From Planctomycetota bacterium (GTDB lineage: Bacteria > Planctomycetota > B15-G4 > SIAN01), in NCBI GenBank assembly GCA_031409275.1, contig JANNXA010000040.1, positions 96,001 through 160,000 of the forward strand: 64,000 nt of DNA. The letters run 5' to 3'. Position 1 is the first letter of the stretch. Each line of letters begins with the position of its first letter. A program made the translations under genes and the position numbers. Shown here piece after piece: positions 1-9,801 of this stretch. The notes under the pieces are model-generated. The model searched no databases and was not told the origin of the DNA. It saw only the letters and a list, made by a program, of their open reading frames with translations.

Positions 1-168
1 GAGGTCGCGAAGGAACTGCCCGGCCATGCGCTCGTCGTAGTGCTGGCCAGTGTTGACCAGCTTCACTTCGAAGCCACCGTGGCGCTGCAGCGCATGCAGC
101 ACCGGACCTGCCTTCATGAAGTTCGGGCGGGCGCCGACGACGATCGTGATGCACGGGCGGTGCGCCAT
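1..168 (-). CDS. wecB: UDP-N-acetylglucosamine 2-epimerase (non-hydrolysing), 5' part only; runs off the window
   Basis: Not in the ORF track. Manual translation from ATG 168 gives MAHRPCITIVVGARPNFMKAGPVLHAL...VNTGQHYDERM, with the GARPNFMK and TGQHYD signatures of WecB. Confidence 0.9.
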   Translation of the reverse strand, partial: MAHRPCITIVVGARPNFMKAGPVLHALQRHGGFEVKLVNTGQHYDERMAGQFLRDL

Positions 169-171
169 CGC

Positions 172-1152
172 TCAGCACCCGGCTCGGGAGCGCGCCTCGT
201 CGGCGATCTCCTGCTGCAGCCACGCCACGAAGCGCGCGATGCCTTCGGCGAGCGACACGCGCGGGTCGTAGCCCAGCACGCGCCGCGAGAGCGAGATGTC
301 GGCACAGGTGGCCGGCACGTCGCCCGGCTGATCGGGCTGCCCCTCGATGCGCGCCGGCACGCAAAGCGCCTTCGAGAGCATCTGCAGCAGCGTCGTGAGC
401 GAATAGGTCTGCGACTCGCCGAGGTTGTAGACGCCGAATCCCTCGTCGTGGTCGACCGCTTTCACCACGCCATCGAGGATGTCGTCGACATAGGTGTAGT
501 CGCGTACCGAGGAGCCGTCGCCGAAGCGCTGGATCGGCTGCCCGGCGAGCATGAGGCGCGCGAACTTGTGGATCGCCATCTCGGGACGCTGACGCGGACC
601 GTAGACCGTGAAGAAGCGCAGGACGGTCACGCGCAGCCCGTGGATCGCATGCCAGGTGTGGCACAGCATCTCCGCCGCGCGCTTGGTCGCGGCGTACGGG
701 GAGATCGGGCGGTCGGCGGCCTGATCCTCGCGGAAAGGCGACTCCTGGCTGCGGCCATAGACCGACGAGGTGCCGCCATAGACCAGGCGCTTGCAGCCCG
801 CCGCGGTCATCGCGTCGAGCAGGTTCAGCGTCCCGGTGACGTTGACATCGATGTAGTGCTGCGGGCGCTGCAGCGAGGGTCGCACGCCAGCCTGCGCGGC
901 GAGGTGAACGACCTTCTCGGGGCGCGTTCGCGCCACCGTCGCGAGGACCGCGGCGCGATCACGCAGGTCCGCCTCGATCAGCTCGAAGGAGCGTGACGCG
1001 AGCGCGCCGCGCAGGTTGCGCCGCTTGATCGCCGGGTCGTAGTAGGGATCGAAGTTGTCGAACCCGACCACGAAATCGCCGCGGGCGAGCAGGCGGTCGG
1101 TGAGGTGCGAGCCGATGAAGCCCGCCGCTCCCGTCACGAGGATTCGAGCCAT
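172..1152 (-). CDS. NAD-dependent epimerase/dehydratase (UDP-glucuronate 4-epimerase-like)
   Basis: TGAAGFIG Rossmann motif, HLAAQAGVRPS, catalytic YAATK, RFFTVYGPRQRPEMA. Confidence 0.92.
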   Translation of the reverse strand: MARILVTGAAGFIGSHLTDRLLARGDFVVGFDNFDPYYDPAIKRRNLRGALASRSFELIEADLRDRAAVLATVARTRPEKVVHLAAQAGVRPSLQRPQHYIDVNVTGTLNLLDAMTAAGCKRLVYGGTSSVYGRSQESPFREDQAADRPISPYAATKRAAEMLCHTWHAIHGLRVTVLRFFTVYGPRQRPEMAIHKFARLMLAGQPIQRFGDGSSVRDYTYVDDILDGVVKAVDHDEGFGVYNLGESQTYSLTTLLQMLSKALCVPARIEGQPDQPGDVPATCADISLSRRVLGYDPRVSLAEGIARFVAWLQQEIADEARSRAGC

Positions 1153-1204
1153 GACGCTTGCGCCGAAGCCCCGAGGGCGCCGACGCTCCTTGCTTGCCGC
1201 GGGA

Positions 1205-2521
1205 TCAGAGCTTGAGGATGCGCGCCTTCGCCGACTTGCCCTTGGTGGCGTTGCGCGAGTCGACCACCAGCGGGCAGTGCTCGAGCACGGTCGCCAGGTC
1301 CATCGACGCGTGATCGGTCACGATCACGGCGCAATCGAGCTTGCGGCACCACTCGGCGTTGAGCGGCACCGACTTCAGCTTGCCCCACTCGAGCGTGACT
1401 TCCGGCGCATGCGGATCGTGGTAGCTCACCTCGGCGCCGCGCTCGCGCAACTTCGTGGCGATGTCGAACGCCGGCGACTCGCGGACGTCGGAGACGTCGC
1501 GCTTGTAGGCGAAGCCGAGGATGCAGATCTTCGACCCGCGTACCGACTTCTTCTCGTCGTTCAGGCCCAACGCGACCTTCTCGACGATGAACTCCGGCAT
1601 GGCCGAGTTGATCTCGCCAGCGAGCTCGATGAAGCGCGCCTTGGTCTGCAGCGTGCGCATCTTCCACGACAGGTAGAACGGGTCGATCGGGATGCAGTGG
1701 CCGCCGAGTCCGGGACCCGGATAGAAGGGCAGGAAACCGAACGGCTTGGTCGCCGCGGCGTCGATGACCTCCCACACGTCGATTCCGAGCCTTTCGCAGA
1801 GGATCGCGATCTCGTTGACGAGACCGATGTTCACCATGCGGAAGGTGTTCTCGAGGATCTTCACCATCTCCGCGGCGGTGGCGCTGCTCACCGGCACGAC
1901 GCGCTCGAGCGCCGCCGCGTAGAGGGAGCGCGTCACTTCGCCGCACTTCTCGGTCACGCCGCCGACGACCTTCGGCGTGTTGCGCACGTTGAAACGCTTG
2001 CTGCCGGGATCGATCCGTTCGGGCGAGAAGGCGAGGAAGTAGTCCTTGCCCACCTTCCACGACTTGCCCTGCGCTTCGGAGAGGCGCGGCATCACGACTT
2101 CGACGGTGGTGCCGGGATAGGTCGTGCTCTCGAGGATGATCAGCTGCCCCGGCTGCAGGCGCTTCTCGACTTCGAGCGTCGCGTTCACGATGTAGCTGAT
2201 GTCGGGGTCGCCGCTCTTGTTCAACGGCGTCGGCACGCAGACGATCACCGCGTGTGCCTTCCTCAGCTCGTCGAAGTCGGTGGTCGGCTTGAACTTCTTG
2301 CGATCGAGCTGCGCCTTGAGCTGCTCATTGCTGATGTCGTCGACGTAGCTCTTGCCCTTCTGCAGCCCCTCGACGCGCCGGACGTCGATGTCGAGTCCGA
2401 TGACCTCGAAGCCCTCTTCCGCGAAGGCGAGGCAGAGCGGAAGACCGACGTAGCCGAGGCCTAGCACGGCCACGGTGGCCGTACGCGCCTCGATCCGCTC
2501 GAGCAGTTCCTTGTGCGTCAT
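1205..2521 (-). CDS. Nucleotide-sugar dehydrogenase (UDP-GlcNAc/ManNAc dehydrogenase family)
   Basis: GLGYVGLP, ESTTYPGTT, FSPERIDPG, KILENTFR, and GPGLGGHCIPIDP with the catalytic Cys. Confidence 0.93.
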   Translation of the reverse strand: MTHKELLERIEARTATVAVLGLGYVGLPLCLAFAEEGFEVIGLDIDVRRVEGLQKGKSYVDDISNEQLKAQLDRKKFKPTTDFDELRKAHAVIVCVPTPLNKSGDPDISYIVNATLEVEKRLQPGQLIILESTTYPGTTVEVVMPRLSEAQGKSWKVGKDYFLAFSPERIDPGSKRFNVRNTPKVVGGVTEKCGEVTRSLYAAALERVVPVSSATAAEMVKILENTFRMVNIGLVNEIAILCERLGIDVWEVIDAAATKPFGFLPFYPGPGLGGHCIPIDPFYLSWKMRTLQTKARFIELAGEINSAMPEFIVEKVALGLNDEKKSVRGSKICILGFAYKRDVSDVRESPAFDIATKLRERGAEVSYHDPHAPEVTLEWGKLKSVPLNAEWCRKLDCAVIVTDHASMDLATVLEHCPLVVDSRNATKGKSAKARILKL

Positions 2522-2564
2522 CGCTCCCGCCTCGCTCCCGTGACAGCCTCGCCGGCGGCGCGGT

Positions 2565-3523
<959 letters not shown>

Positions 3524-3527
<4 letters not shown>

Positions 3528-4525
3528 TCGTTCCACTCCTGTCGACGCGGAGCGCCAAGCGGCGCTCGCGTGATTCTCATGGTCTGTCCGGGCCGCAACA
3601 CGACGCGCGCCCCGCACGCGCGAGCGATTCCGGGGATCGGGCCGCTGCCGATCAGCTCGATCTGCGCGTCGCGCGTTTCGAGCTTGATCGGTTCGGGCGC
3701 CTGCACGCGCAGTTGCCCGCGAGGTTCATCGAACAGCGTCGCCTCGCGGACGAGGTCCGGCACGAAGGCGGCCGGCTCGGCGAGGACCGGCAGGAAGATG
3801 CGCTGGCCGGGCTCCACCGTCAGCATGCGCCCGCCCAGATAGGGGCAACGCACGACGACCGCGTTGGGGCCGGTGACGCGAATCTCGAGCGCCCGGCGAT
3901 CGCGATCCAGCAACGCGAGGCGCGTTCCGTTGCCGGCCAGGTCGTTGCCGCCCGGCAGGTAGAGCACGGTGTCGATGCCGCCGCGTCCGAACCAGAGGTC
4001 GGCGTAGCGCTTGAGGCTGACGATCTCGATCTCGCGCGGGTTCGCCAGCGCATGCGAGGTCATCCGCCAGATCGCCTCGCCGTCGAAGCGCAGATGCGCG
4101 CCATCCTCGAACTCGAGCAACGAGCAGCCGCGCCCGTCTTGGCGCACCTCGTCGCCGCTCTCGAGCGCGTAGACCTTGTCCCAATACTGCAGATCGCGGC
4201 GCAATCCGTCGGGACGCACGATCTGGATCGAGTCGGACGCACGCGTCAGCAGCGCACGGAACCGTTCCGGGTCCACCGCATCGACGTCTTCGGCGTCTGG
4301 CGTCGGCGGTGTCTCGCTCGGCACGACCACGGCGGGCTGCTCACGCTCGGCGAGCAGGCGCTGCAGCAGCGCGTCGAGGGCCGCCGACGAGGTGCTCGGC
4401 ACCGGCGCCGGCGGCTCGTCCTGTTTCTCGGCGGACGGTTCAGCCGGGGTCTCCTGGACGCGGCACGCCGGCACGACCGCTGCCGAGCCGACCACCGCGA
4501 TGCAGAAGTTGAACAGGAAGAGCAT
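3524..4525 (-). CDS. Hypothetical exported protein/lipoprotein with a FecR-like beta domain
   Basis: Hydrophobic N-terminus ending VVPAC. The segment [27 protein letters not shown] resembles FecR domains. Its stop is coupled to the next gene. Start uncertain. Confidence 0.55.
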
Positions 4526-4843
4526 CTCTGAAGCACCTCGCCGCGCTGCTCGCACGGCCCATCGTCAGCCCATTTCTCGCGCAAGGCGGCGGCACACCGC
4601 CGTCGCCATGAGCCACCGGGCGCCGGCGACGTCGGGCAAGCCTATCGACCGTCGGTGAAGTTTCGCTTCAACCGCCGGCCCGATCGGGCCGGAAACGGAC
4701 GCCCGCCCCACCGCGAGTCACGTCGTTGGGAGCTTATTCAAGCGTTCGCAGGTGAACCGCGGGGCGAGCGACGCGCCGGGCGAAGGGGGGCGACGCAGCC
4801 ATCGGCCAAGGGTCCCCCGATCGTGGCGCGACCTCGCACGACC

Positions 4844-6184
4844 CTAGACGAAATGGGTCTCGACGTACTTCGTGTCCATCTGCGCCTTGCGGAACGCCTC
4901 GCTGCGCAGGATCTCCTTGTGCAGCGGGATGGTCGTCTTCACCCCCTCGACGACGAACTCGTCGAGCGCGCGCAGCAGCGTGGCGATCGCCTCCTCGCGC
5001 GTGTCGCCGCGAACGATCAGCTTGCCGATCATCGAGTCGTAGAACGGGGGAATCCGGTAGCCGGCGTGCGCATGGGTGTCGAGGCGCACGTTGCGGCCGC
5101 CCGGCGCGATCCAGGTGGTGATCACGCCAGGCGATGGCTTGAAGTTGCTCGCCGGGTCCTCGGCGTTGATGCGGCACTCGATCGAGTGACCGCGCAACGG
5201 CATGTCGGGATGCGGCCAGTTCAGCCGCTCGCCGGCGGCGACGCGCAGCTGCGCCTCGATGAGATCGAGGCCGGTCACCTCTTCCGTCACCGGATGCTCG
5301 ACCTGGATGCGGGCGTTCACTTCCATGAAGTAGAAGTTGCCGCCGGCGTCGAGCAGGAATTCGACGGTACCGGCGTTGTAGTAGCCGGCCTGCTTGCAAA
5401 GAGCGCGCGCGGCGGCGCACATCTGAGCGCGCACCTCCGGCGTGACCACCGGTGACGGCGCTTCCTCGATCAACTTCTGATGACGGCGTTGCGTCGTGCA
5501 GTCGCGCTCTCCGAGGCTGTAGACGTTGCCGTGCTGGTCGGCGATGAACTGCACCTCGATGTGGCGCGCCTTCTCGATCACCTTCTCGAGGTAGACGCTC
5601 GAATCGCCGAAGGCGGCCTCCGCCTCGCTGCGGGCGGCGAAGTAGCCATTCACCAACGAGACATCGTTGTGGGCGATGCGCATGCCGCGGCCACCGCCGC
5701 CGGACACCGCCTTGATGATGACCGGGTAGCCGAGTTCCTTGGCGACCGCGAGCGCCTCGGCGTCGCTCGAGACCGGCCCGTCGCTGCCTGGAATGGTCGG
5801 GACACCGGCTTTGCGCGCCGTCTCCTTCGCCTTCGACTTGTTCCCCATCAGGTCGATCGCCTCGGGCGGCGGACCGATGAAGCGAATGCCGCACGAGCGG
5901 CACACCTCGGCGAAATGAGAGTTCTCGGAAAGGAAGCCGTAGCCGGGATGGATGGCGTCGACGTCGGCGATCTCGGCCGCGCTCACGATGCGCGAGATGT
6001 CGAGGTAGCTCTGGGCCGAGCGCGCCGGTCCGATGCAGATCGTGTCGTTCGCCATGCGCAGATAGCGCGCGCCCTTGTCGGCTTCGGAGCAGACGGCGAC
6101 GGTCTCGATCCCGAGCTGATGACAGGCGCGCAGGATCCGCAGCGCGATCTCGCCGCGGTTGGCGACCAGGATTCGTCGGAACAT
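4844..6184 (-). CDS. accC: Acetyl-CoA carboxylase biotin carboxylase subunit
   Basis: ANRGEIA, HPGYGFLSEN, GGGGRGMR, QRRHQKLIEEAP, EVNARIQVEHPVTE, YDSMIGK. Confidence 0.97.
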   Translation of the reverse strand: MFRRILVANRGEIALRILRACHQLGIETVAVCSEADKGARYLRMANDTICIGPARSAQSYLDISRIVSAAEIADVDAIHPGYGFLSENSHFAEVCRSCGIRFIGPPPEAIDLMGNKSKAKETARKAGVPTIPGSDGPVSSDAEALAVAKELGYPVIIKAVSGGGGRGMRIAHNDVSLVNGYFAARSEAEAAFGDSSVYLEKVIEKARHIEVQFIADQHGNVYSLGERDCTTQRRHQKLIEEAPSPVVTPEVRAQMCAAARALCKQAGYYNAGTVEFLLDAGGNFYFMEVNARIQVEHPVTEEVTGLDLIEAQLRVAAGERLNWPHPDMPLRGHSIECRINAEDPASNFKPSPGVITTWIAPGGRNVRLDTHAHAGYRIPPFYDSMIGKLIVRGDTREEAIATLLRALDEFVVEGVKTTIPLHKEILRSEAFRKAQMDTKYVETHFV

Positions 6185-6191
6185 CGTGCGG

Positions 6192-6746
6192 TCAGCTCGA
6201 CTGGATGACGAAGAGCGGCTGGCCGAACTCGACGGCCTCGCCGTTCTCGACCAGGATCTGAACCACCTTGCCGGCCTTCTCGGCCTTGATCTCGTTCATC
6301 ACCTTCATCGCCTCGATGATGCAGAGCACCGCATCGACCTTGACGCTGTCGCCCTCCATCACGAAGGCCTTCGCCTCGGGTGAAGCGGCGCGATAGAAGG
6401 TCCCGACCATCGGCGAGAGGAAGTTCTCCCCGACCGGACCGGCCGGAATCGCCGGTGCATCGGCCGCAGCGACTTGCGCCGTCGCCGCGGGTGCCGCGGC
6501 GGCGGGCATCGCCCCCATCGGCATGCCCATCGCCATGCCCATCGGCGCAGGACCGTTCTTGCTGAGCCGCACCGAATGGCCGTCGGGACCGATCTCGAGT
6601 TCGCTCAGCGCATGGTCTTTCATCAACGCGAGCAGCTCGCGCAGACGCGCGATCTCGGCATCGTGCGCCGCCGGCTTCGCGGCCGGGACCGGTGTCGCCG
6701 CGGCCATCGCCCCTGCGCGCTTCGCTGCCTTCTTCTTGCGTGCCAT
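6192..6746 (-). CDS. accB: Biotin carboxyl carrier protein
   Basis: [18 protein letters not shown] biotinylation motif, Ala/Pro linker; adjacent to accC. Confidence 0.96.
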   Translation of the reverse strand: MARKKKAAKRAGAMAAATPVPAAKPAAHDAEIARLRELLALMKDHALSELEIGPDGHSVRLSKNGPAPMGMAMGMPMGAMPAAAAPAATAQVAAADAPAIPAGPVGENFLSPMVGTFYRAASPEAKAFVMEGDSVKVDAVLCIIEAMKVMNEIKAEKAGKVVQILVENGEAVEFGQPLFVIQSS

Positions 6747-6831
6747 CCGCTGCGTCCTCCCGATCCGATGATTGGAAGCGCGCCGGCGAATCGCCGCTCG
6801 CGCCAGAAGAAGTCCGGTTCCGCTCGTTCGC

Positions 6832-7395
6832 TCAGCAGCGCTCGACGTAGCGTCGATCGCGCGTGTCGACGCGGATCCGCGTGCCCGGCTCGACGAACGG
6901 CGGCACGGTGATCACCGCGCCGGTCTCGACCTTCGCCGGCTTGCCGCCGCCCGCCGCCTGCTGGCCCTTGATGTGGGCGTCGGTCTCGACGACCGTGAAC
7001 TCCATGAAGTCGGGCAGCACGACGTTGATCACCTCGCCCTCATAGAGCTTCACGCTGCACTTGGTGTTCTCTTTGAGCATGTCGAGGAGCGGCGCGATCA
7101 GCTTCATGCTGACGTGCGTCTGGTCGAAGGTCGTCGTGTCCATGAAGACGAAGTTGTCGCCCTCGCGGAAGAGGTACTCCCACTCCGACTTCTCGAGGAT
7201 CGCCTGCTCGACGCGCTCTTTCGAGTCGAAGGTCGGCTCGAGGACCTGGCCCGTCTTGACGCTCTTCAGCTTGCTGCGGACGAACGGCGTCCCCTTGCCG
7301 GGCTTGACGAACTGATGCTCGATCACGTCCCAGAGCTGGTCCTCGTAGATGATCGTGATGCCGTTCTTCATGTCGTTGGCATTGATGGTGGGCAT
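6832..7395 (-). CDS. efp: Translation elongation factor P
   Basis: VKPGKG loop and [17 protein letters not shown]...IRVDTR; efp-accB-accC order. Start at ATG 7395. Confidence 0.95.
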   Translation of the reverse strand: MPTINANDMKNGITIIYEDQLWDVIEHQFVKPGKGTPFVRSKLKSVKTGQVLEPTFDSKERVEQAILEKSEWEYLFREGDNFVFMDTTTFDQTHVSMKLIAPLLDMLKENTKCSVKLYEGEVINVVLPDFMEFTVVETDAHIKGQQAAGGGKPAKVETGAVITVPPFVEPGTRIRVDTRDRRYVERC

Positions 7396-7524
7396 GGGTG
7401 GCTCTCGGGAGGCGGCGCGAGGGCGAGGCGCCCGAAGGCGCGGTGTTTGCACCGCGGAAAGGGGCGTCATTTAGGGGGCACCGCGCCGCGAAGTCAAGCA
7501 ACGCGCGCGACGGTGATGGCTGGT

Positions 7525-8538
7525 TCAGCGGGCAAGTTGCAGCTCGGCGAGCTGGACGGCGGTCAACGCGGCCCCCTTGCGCAGCTGGTCGCCGGCCAGG
7601 AAGAAGGCGAACGCGCCCGCTCGATCGGCCGGTCGGATGCGCCCCACCTCGATGCCATCGCCACCCGCGGCTGAGCGCGGTGTTGGAAGGACGCCCGCAG
7701 CGACGTCGTCCTTCAAAGTGACGCCCGGCGCACCGCGCAGCGCGGCGATCACCTGCTCGAGCGTCGCCGATCGATCGCGCAACTCGACGAGGACCGACTC
7801 GGAGTGAGCGCGCAGCACCGGGACGCGCACGCAGGTCGCGGTGATCGCAAGGTCGGGTCGTTCGAGGATGCGGCGCGTCTCGGCGGCGACCTTCTGCTCC
7901 TCACCCGTGGTCCGCGCCGCCACGCTGCCGGAAGCGTCGAGTTCGCCGATCGACGGCACGCAGTTGAAGGCGAACGGCGGCGGTCCGCCGGCCGGCAGCA
8001 CCTCGCCGCGCAGTTCGCGCGTCAGCTCGTCGCGGAGCCGTTCGAGCGCGCGGCGACCCGCGCCCGAAACGGACTGATAGGTCGAGACGACCACGCGCTC
8101 GAGTCCAAACGCCCGTTCCAGCGGCGCAAGCGCCAGCACCAGCAAGATCGCCGTGCAGTTGGCGACGGCCGCGTGACGGTGCGCCGGAGTCAGGCGCTCC
8201 GGATTGACCTCGGGAACCACCAGCGCGACTTCGGGATCGAGCCGAAACGCGCTGGTGTTGTCGTAGAGGCGCGGCCGACCACGCAGCAGCTGGGGCGCCA
8301 GCGTCCGGCTGAGCGACGCTCCCGCCGACAGGAAGACGACGTCGCACTGCGCCAGCGCGGCCACGTCGAGCGGCTGCACCGCGTGGTCCCGACCGCGGAA
8401 GCGCACGACGCGACCGGCGCTGCGCGCGCTCGCCATCGGCAGCAGCGACTCGACCGGAAAGCCCCGCTGCTCCATCACCTGGAGCAGTTCCTCGCCCACG
8501 GCGCCGGTGGCACCGACGATCCCGACGTTGACGCTCAT
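7525..8538 (-). CDS. asd: Aspartate-semialdehyde dehydrogenase
   Basis: GATGAVG, DNTSAFR, VVPEVN, ANC (catalytic Cys), STYQSVSGAG, TCVRVPVLRAHS, DQLRKGAA. Confidence 0.95.
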   Translation of the reverse strand: MSVNVGIVGATGAVGEELLQVMEQRGFPVESLLPMASARSAGRVVRFRGRDHAVQPLDVAALAQCDVVFLSAGASLSRTLAPQLLRGRPRLYDNTSAFRLDPEVALVVPEVNPERLTPAHRHAAVANCTAILLVLALAPLERAFGLERVVVSTYQSVSGAGRRALERLRDELTRELRGEVLPAGGPPPFAFNCVPSIGELDASGSVAARTTGEEQKVAAETRRILERPDLAITATCVRVPVLRAHSESVLVELRDRSATLEQVIAALRGAPGVTLKDDVAAGVLPTPRSAAGGDGIEVGRIRPADRAGAFAFFLAGDQLRKGAALTAVQLAELQLAR

Positions 8539-9080
8539 CGCCCTTCGACCTCGCTTCGCGGAGCCGCGATTTCCACCTGGCAATCACGCACCGCGCCGGC
8601 CAGCAACCGCGCGGCGTGCGTGAAGATCGGCAGCGCCACCTGCAGGCATTCGAGCGCACCGCGCGGCGAGCCCGGCAGATTCACGATCAACGCGCGGCCG
8701 AGCGTTCCAGCAGTGGCTCGTGAAGCCATCGCCATCGGCGTCGATGCGAGGCTGCGCGCGCGCATCGCCTCACCGATCCCTGGCACTTCGCGCTCGATGA
8801 CGGCGCGCGTCGCCTCGACGGTGACGTCGCGCGGCGCGATCCCGGTTCCGCCCGACGTGAGCACGATCGGATGCACGGCGGCGAGCTCGCGCAGTCGCTG
8901 GCCGATGGCGGACACGTCGTCCGCGACGACCACCACCGTCACGAGTTCATGGCCGGCGGCGGCGAGCGCCGGCGCGAGCAGTGCCGCCGTCGCATCGTCG
9001 CGCGCACCGCTCGCGGCACGATCGGAGCAGATCAGCAACGCGATGCGCAGTGCCGGCGACAGCGGCCGCTCCGCGTTCAA
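8535..9080 (-). CDS. mog: Molybdopterin adenylyltransferase (MogA/MoaB family)
   Basis: ICSDRAASG, TSGGTGIAPRDVTVEAT, SRATAG, NLPGSPRG. Probable TTG start at 9080 overlapping the moaC stop. Confidence 0.88.
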   Translation of the reverse strand: MNAERPLSPALRIALLICSDRAASGARDDATAALLAPALAAAGHELVTVVVVADDVSAIGQRLRELAAVHPIVLTSGGTGIAPRDVTVEATRAVIEREVPGIGEAMRARSLASTPMAMASRATAGTLGRALIVNLPGSPRGALECLQVALPIFTHAARLLAGAVRDCQVEIAAPRSEVEGR

Positions 9081-9589
9081 CTCCGCGCTCCGCGTCGCGC
9101 CGGCCGCTCCTTGCGCGCGTAGTCGCCCGACTTGCCGCCCGATTTGGAGAGGAGCCGCACGCTCTCGATCGACGCGCTGCGGTCGACCGCCTTCACCATG
9201 TCGTAAAGCGCGAGCGCCCCGACGCTGGCCGCCGTGAGCGCCTCCATCTCGACACCGGTCCGGTCGAGCGCGACGACTTCGGTCGTGACGACCCAGCGCC
9301 CGGCGCGGACGCGCGCGAGCTCCGCGTCGATGCGCGTCAGCCGCAGCGGGTGGCAAAGCGGGATCAACTGCGAGGTCTGCTTGGCGGCCTGGATGGCGGC
9401 GAGGCGCACGACGTCGCGCGCGCCCCCCTTCTTCAAGGTGCCGAGCCGCAAGGCGCGGTCGGCCGCTGCAGACAGCGAAACTTCGGCGGCCGCGGTCGCC
9501 CGGCGCAGCGTGATCGCCTTGGCGGCCACGTCGACCATGGTCGGCTGCCCGTTGGAATCGAGGTGCGAGAGGCGCGTCGGCGGAGTCAT
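9077..9589 (-). CDS. moaC: Cyclic pyranopterin monophosphate synthase
   Basis: MVDV, LIPLCHPL, TGVEMEALTAAS, YDMVKAVD, KSGGKSG. Confidence 0.96.
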   Translation of the reverse strand: MTPPTRLSHLDSNGQPTMVDVAAKAITLRRATAAAEVSLSAAADRALRLGTLKKGGARDVVRLAAIQAAKQTSQLIPLCHPLRLTRIDAELARVRAGRWVVTTEVVALDRTGVEMEALTAASVGALALYDMVKAVDRSASIESVRLLSKSGGKSGDYARKERPARRGARS

Positions 9590-9801
9590 GGGGGCGGGAT
9601 CTTACGCGCCCGGTCCGCGTCAGCGCCTGCTCGCGCCGTTGCGACGCCCTCCCCCGCCTCTAATGTCCTTCTGTCCGAACACTCCGCGCTTTCGCTCGTA
9701 GAGGATTTCGCGGGATGCAGCTTGAGAGGGGCGCTGGCCGAGGCCGAAGCACCCAAACGACGGCGCCCCGGTCCGATCCGGCACGCGATGGAGGAGAGCT
9801 C

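Noticed and set aside
4556..4843. Intergenic region with short GC hairpins (e.g. CCGGCCCGATCGGGCCGG)
   Set aside because: Short GC palindromes are expected at this composition; no U-tract or recognisable RNA motif.
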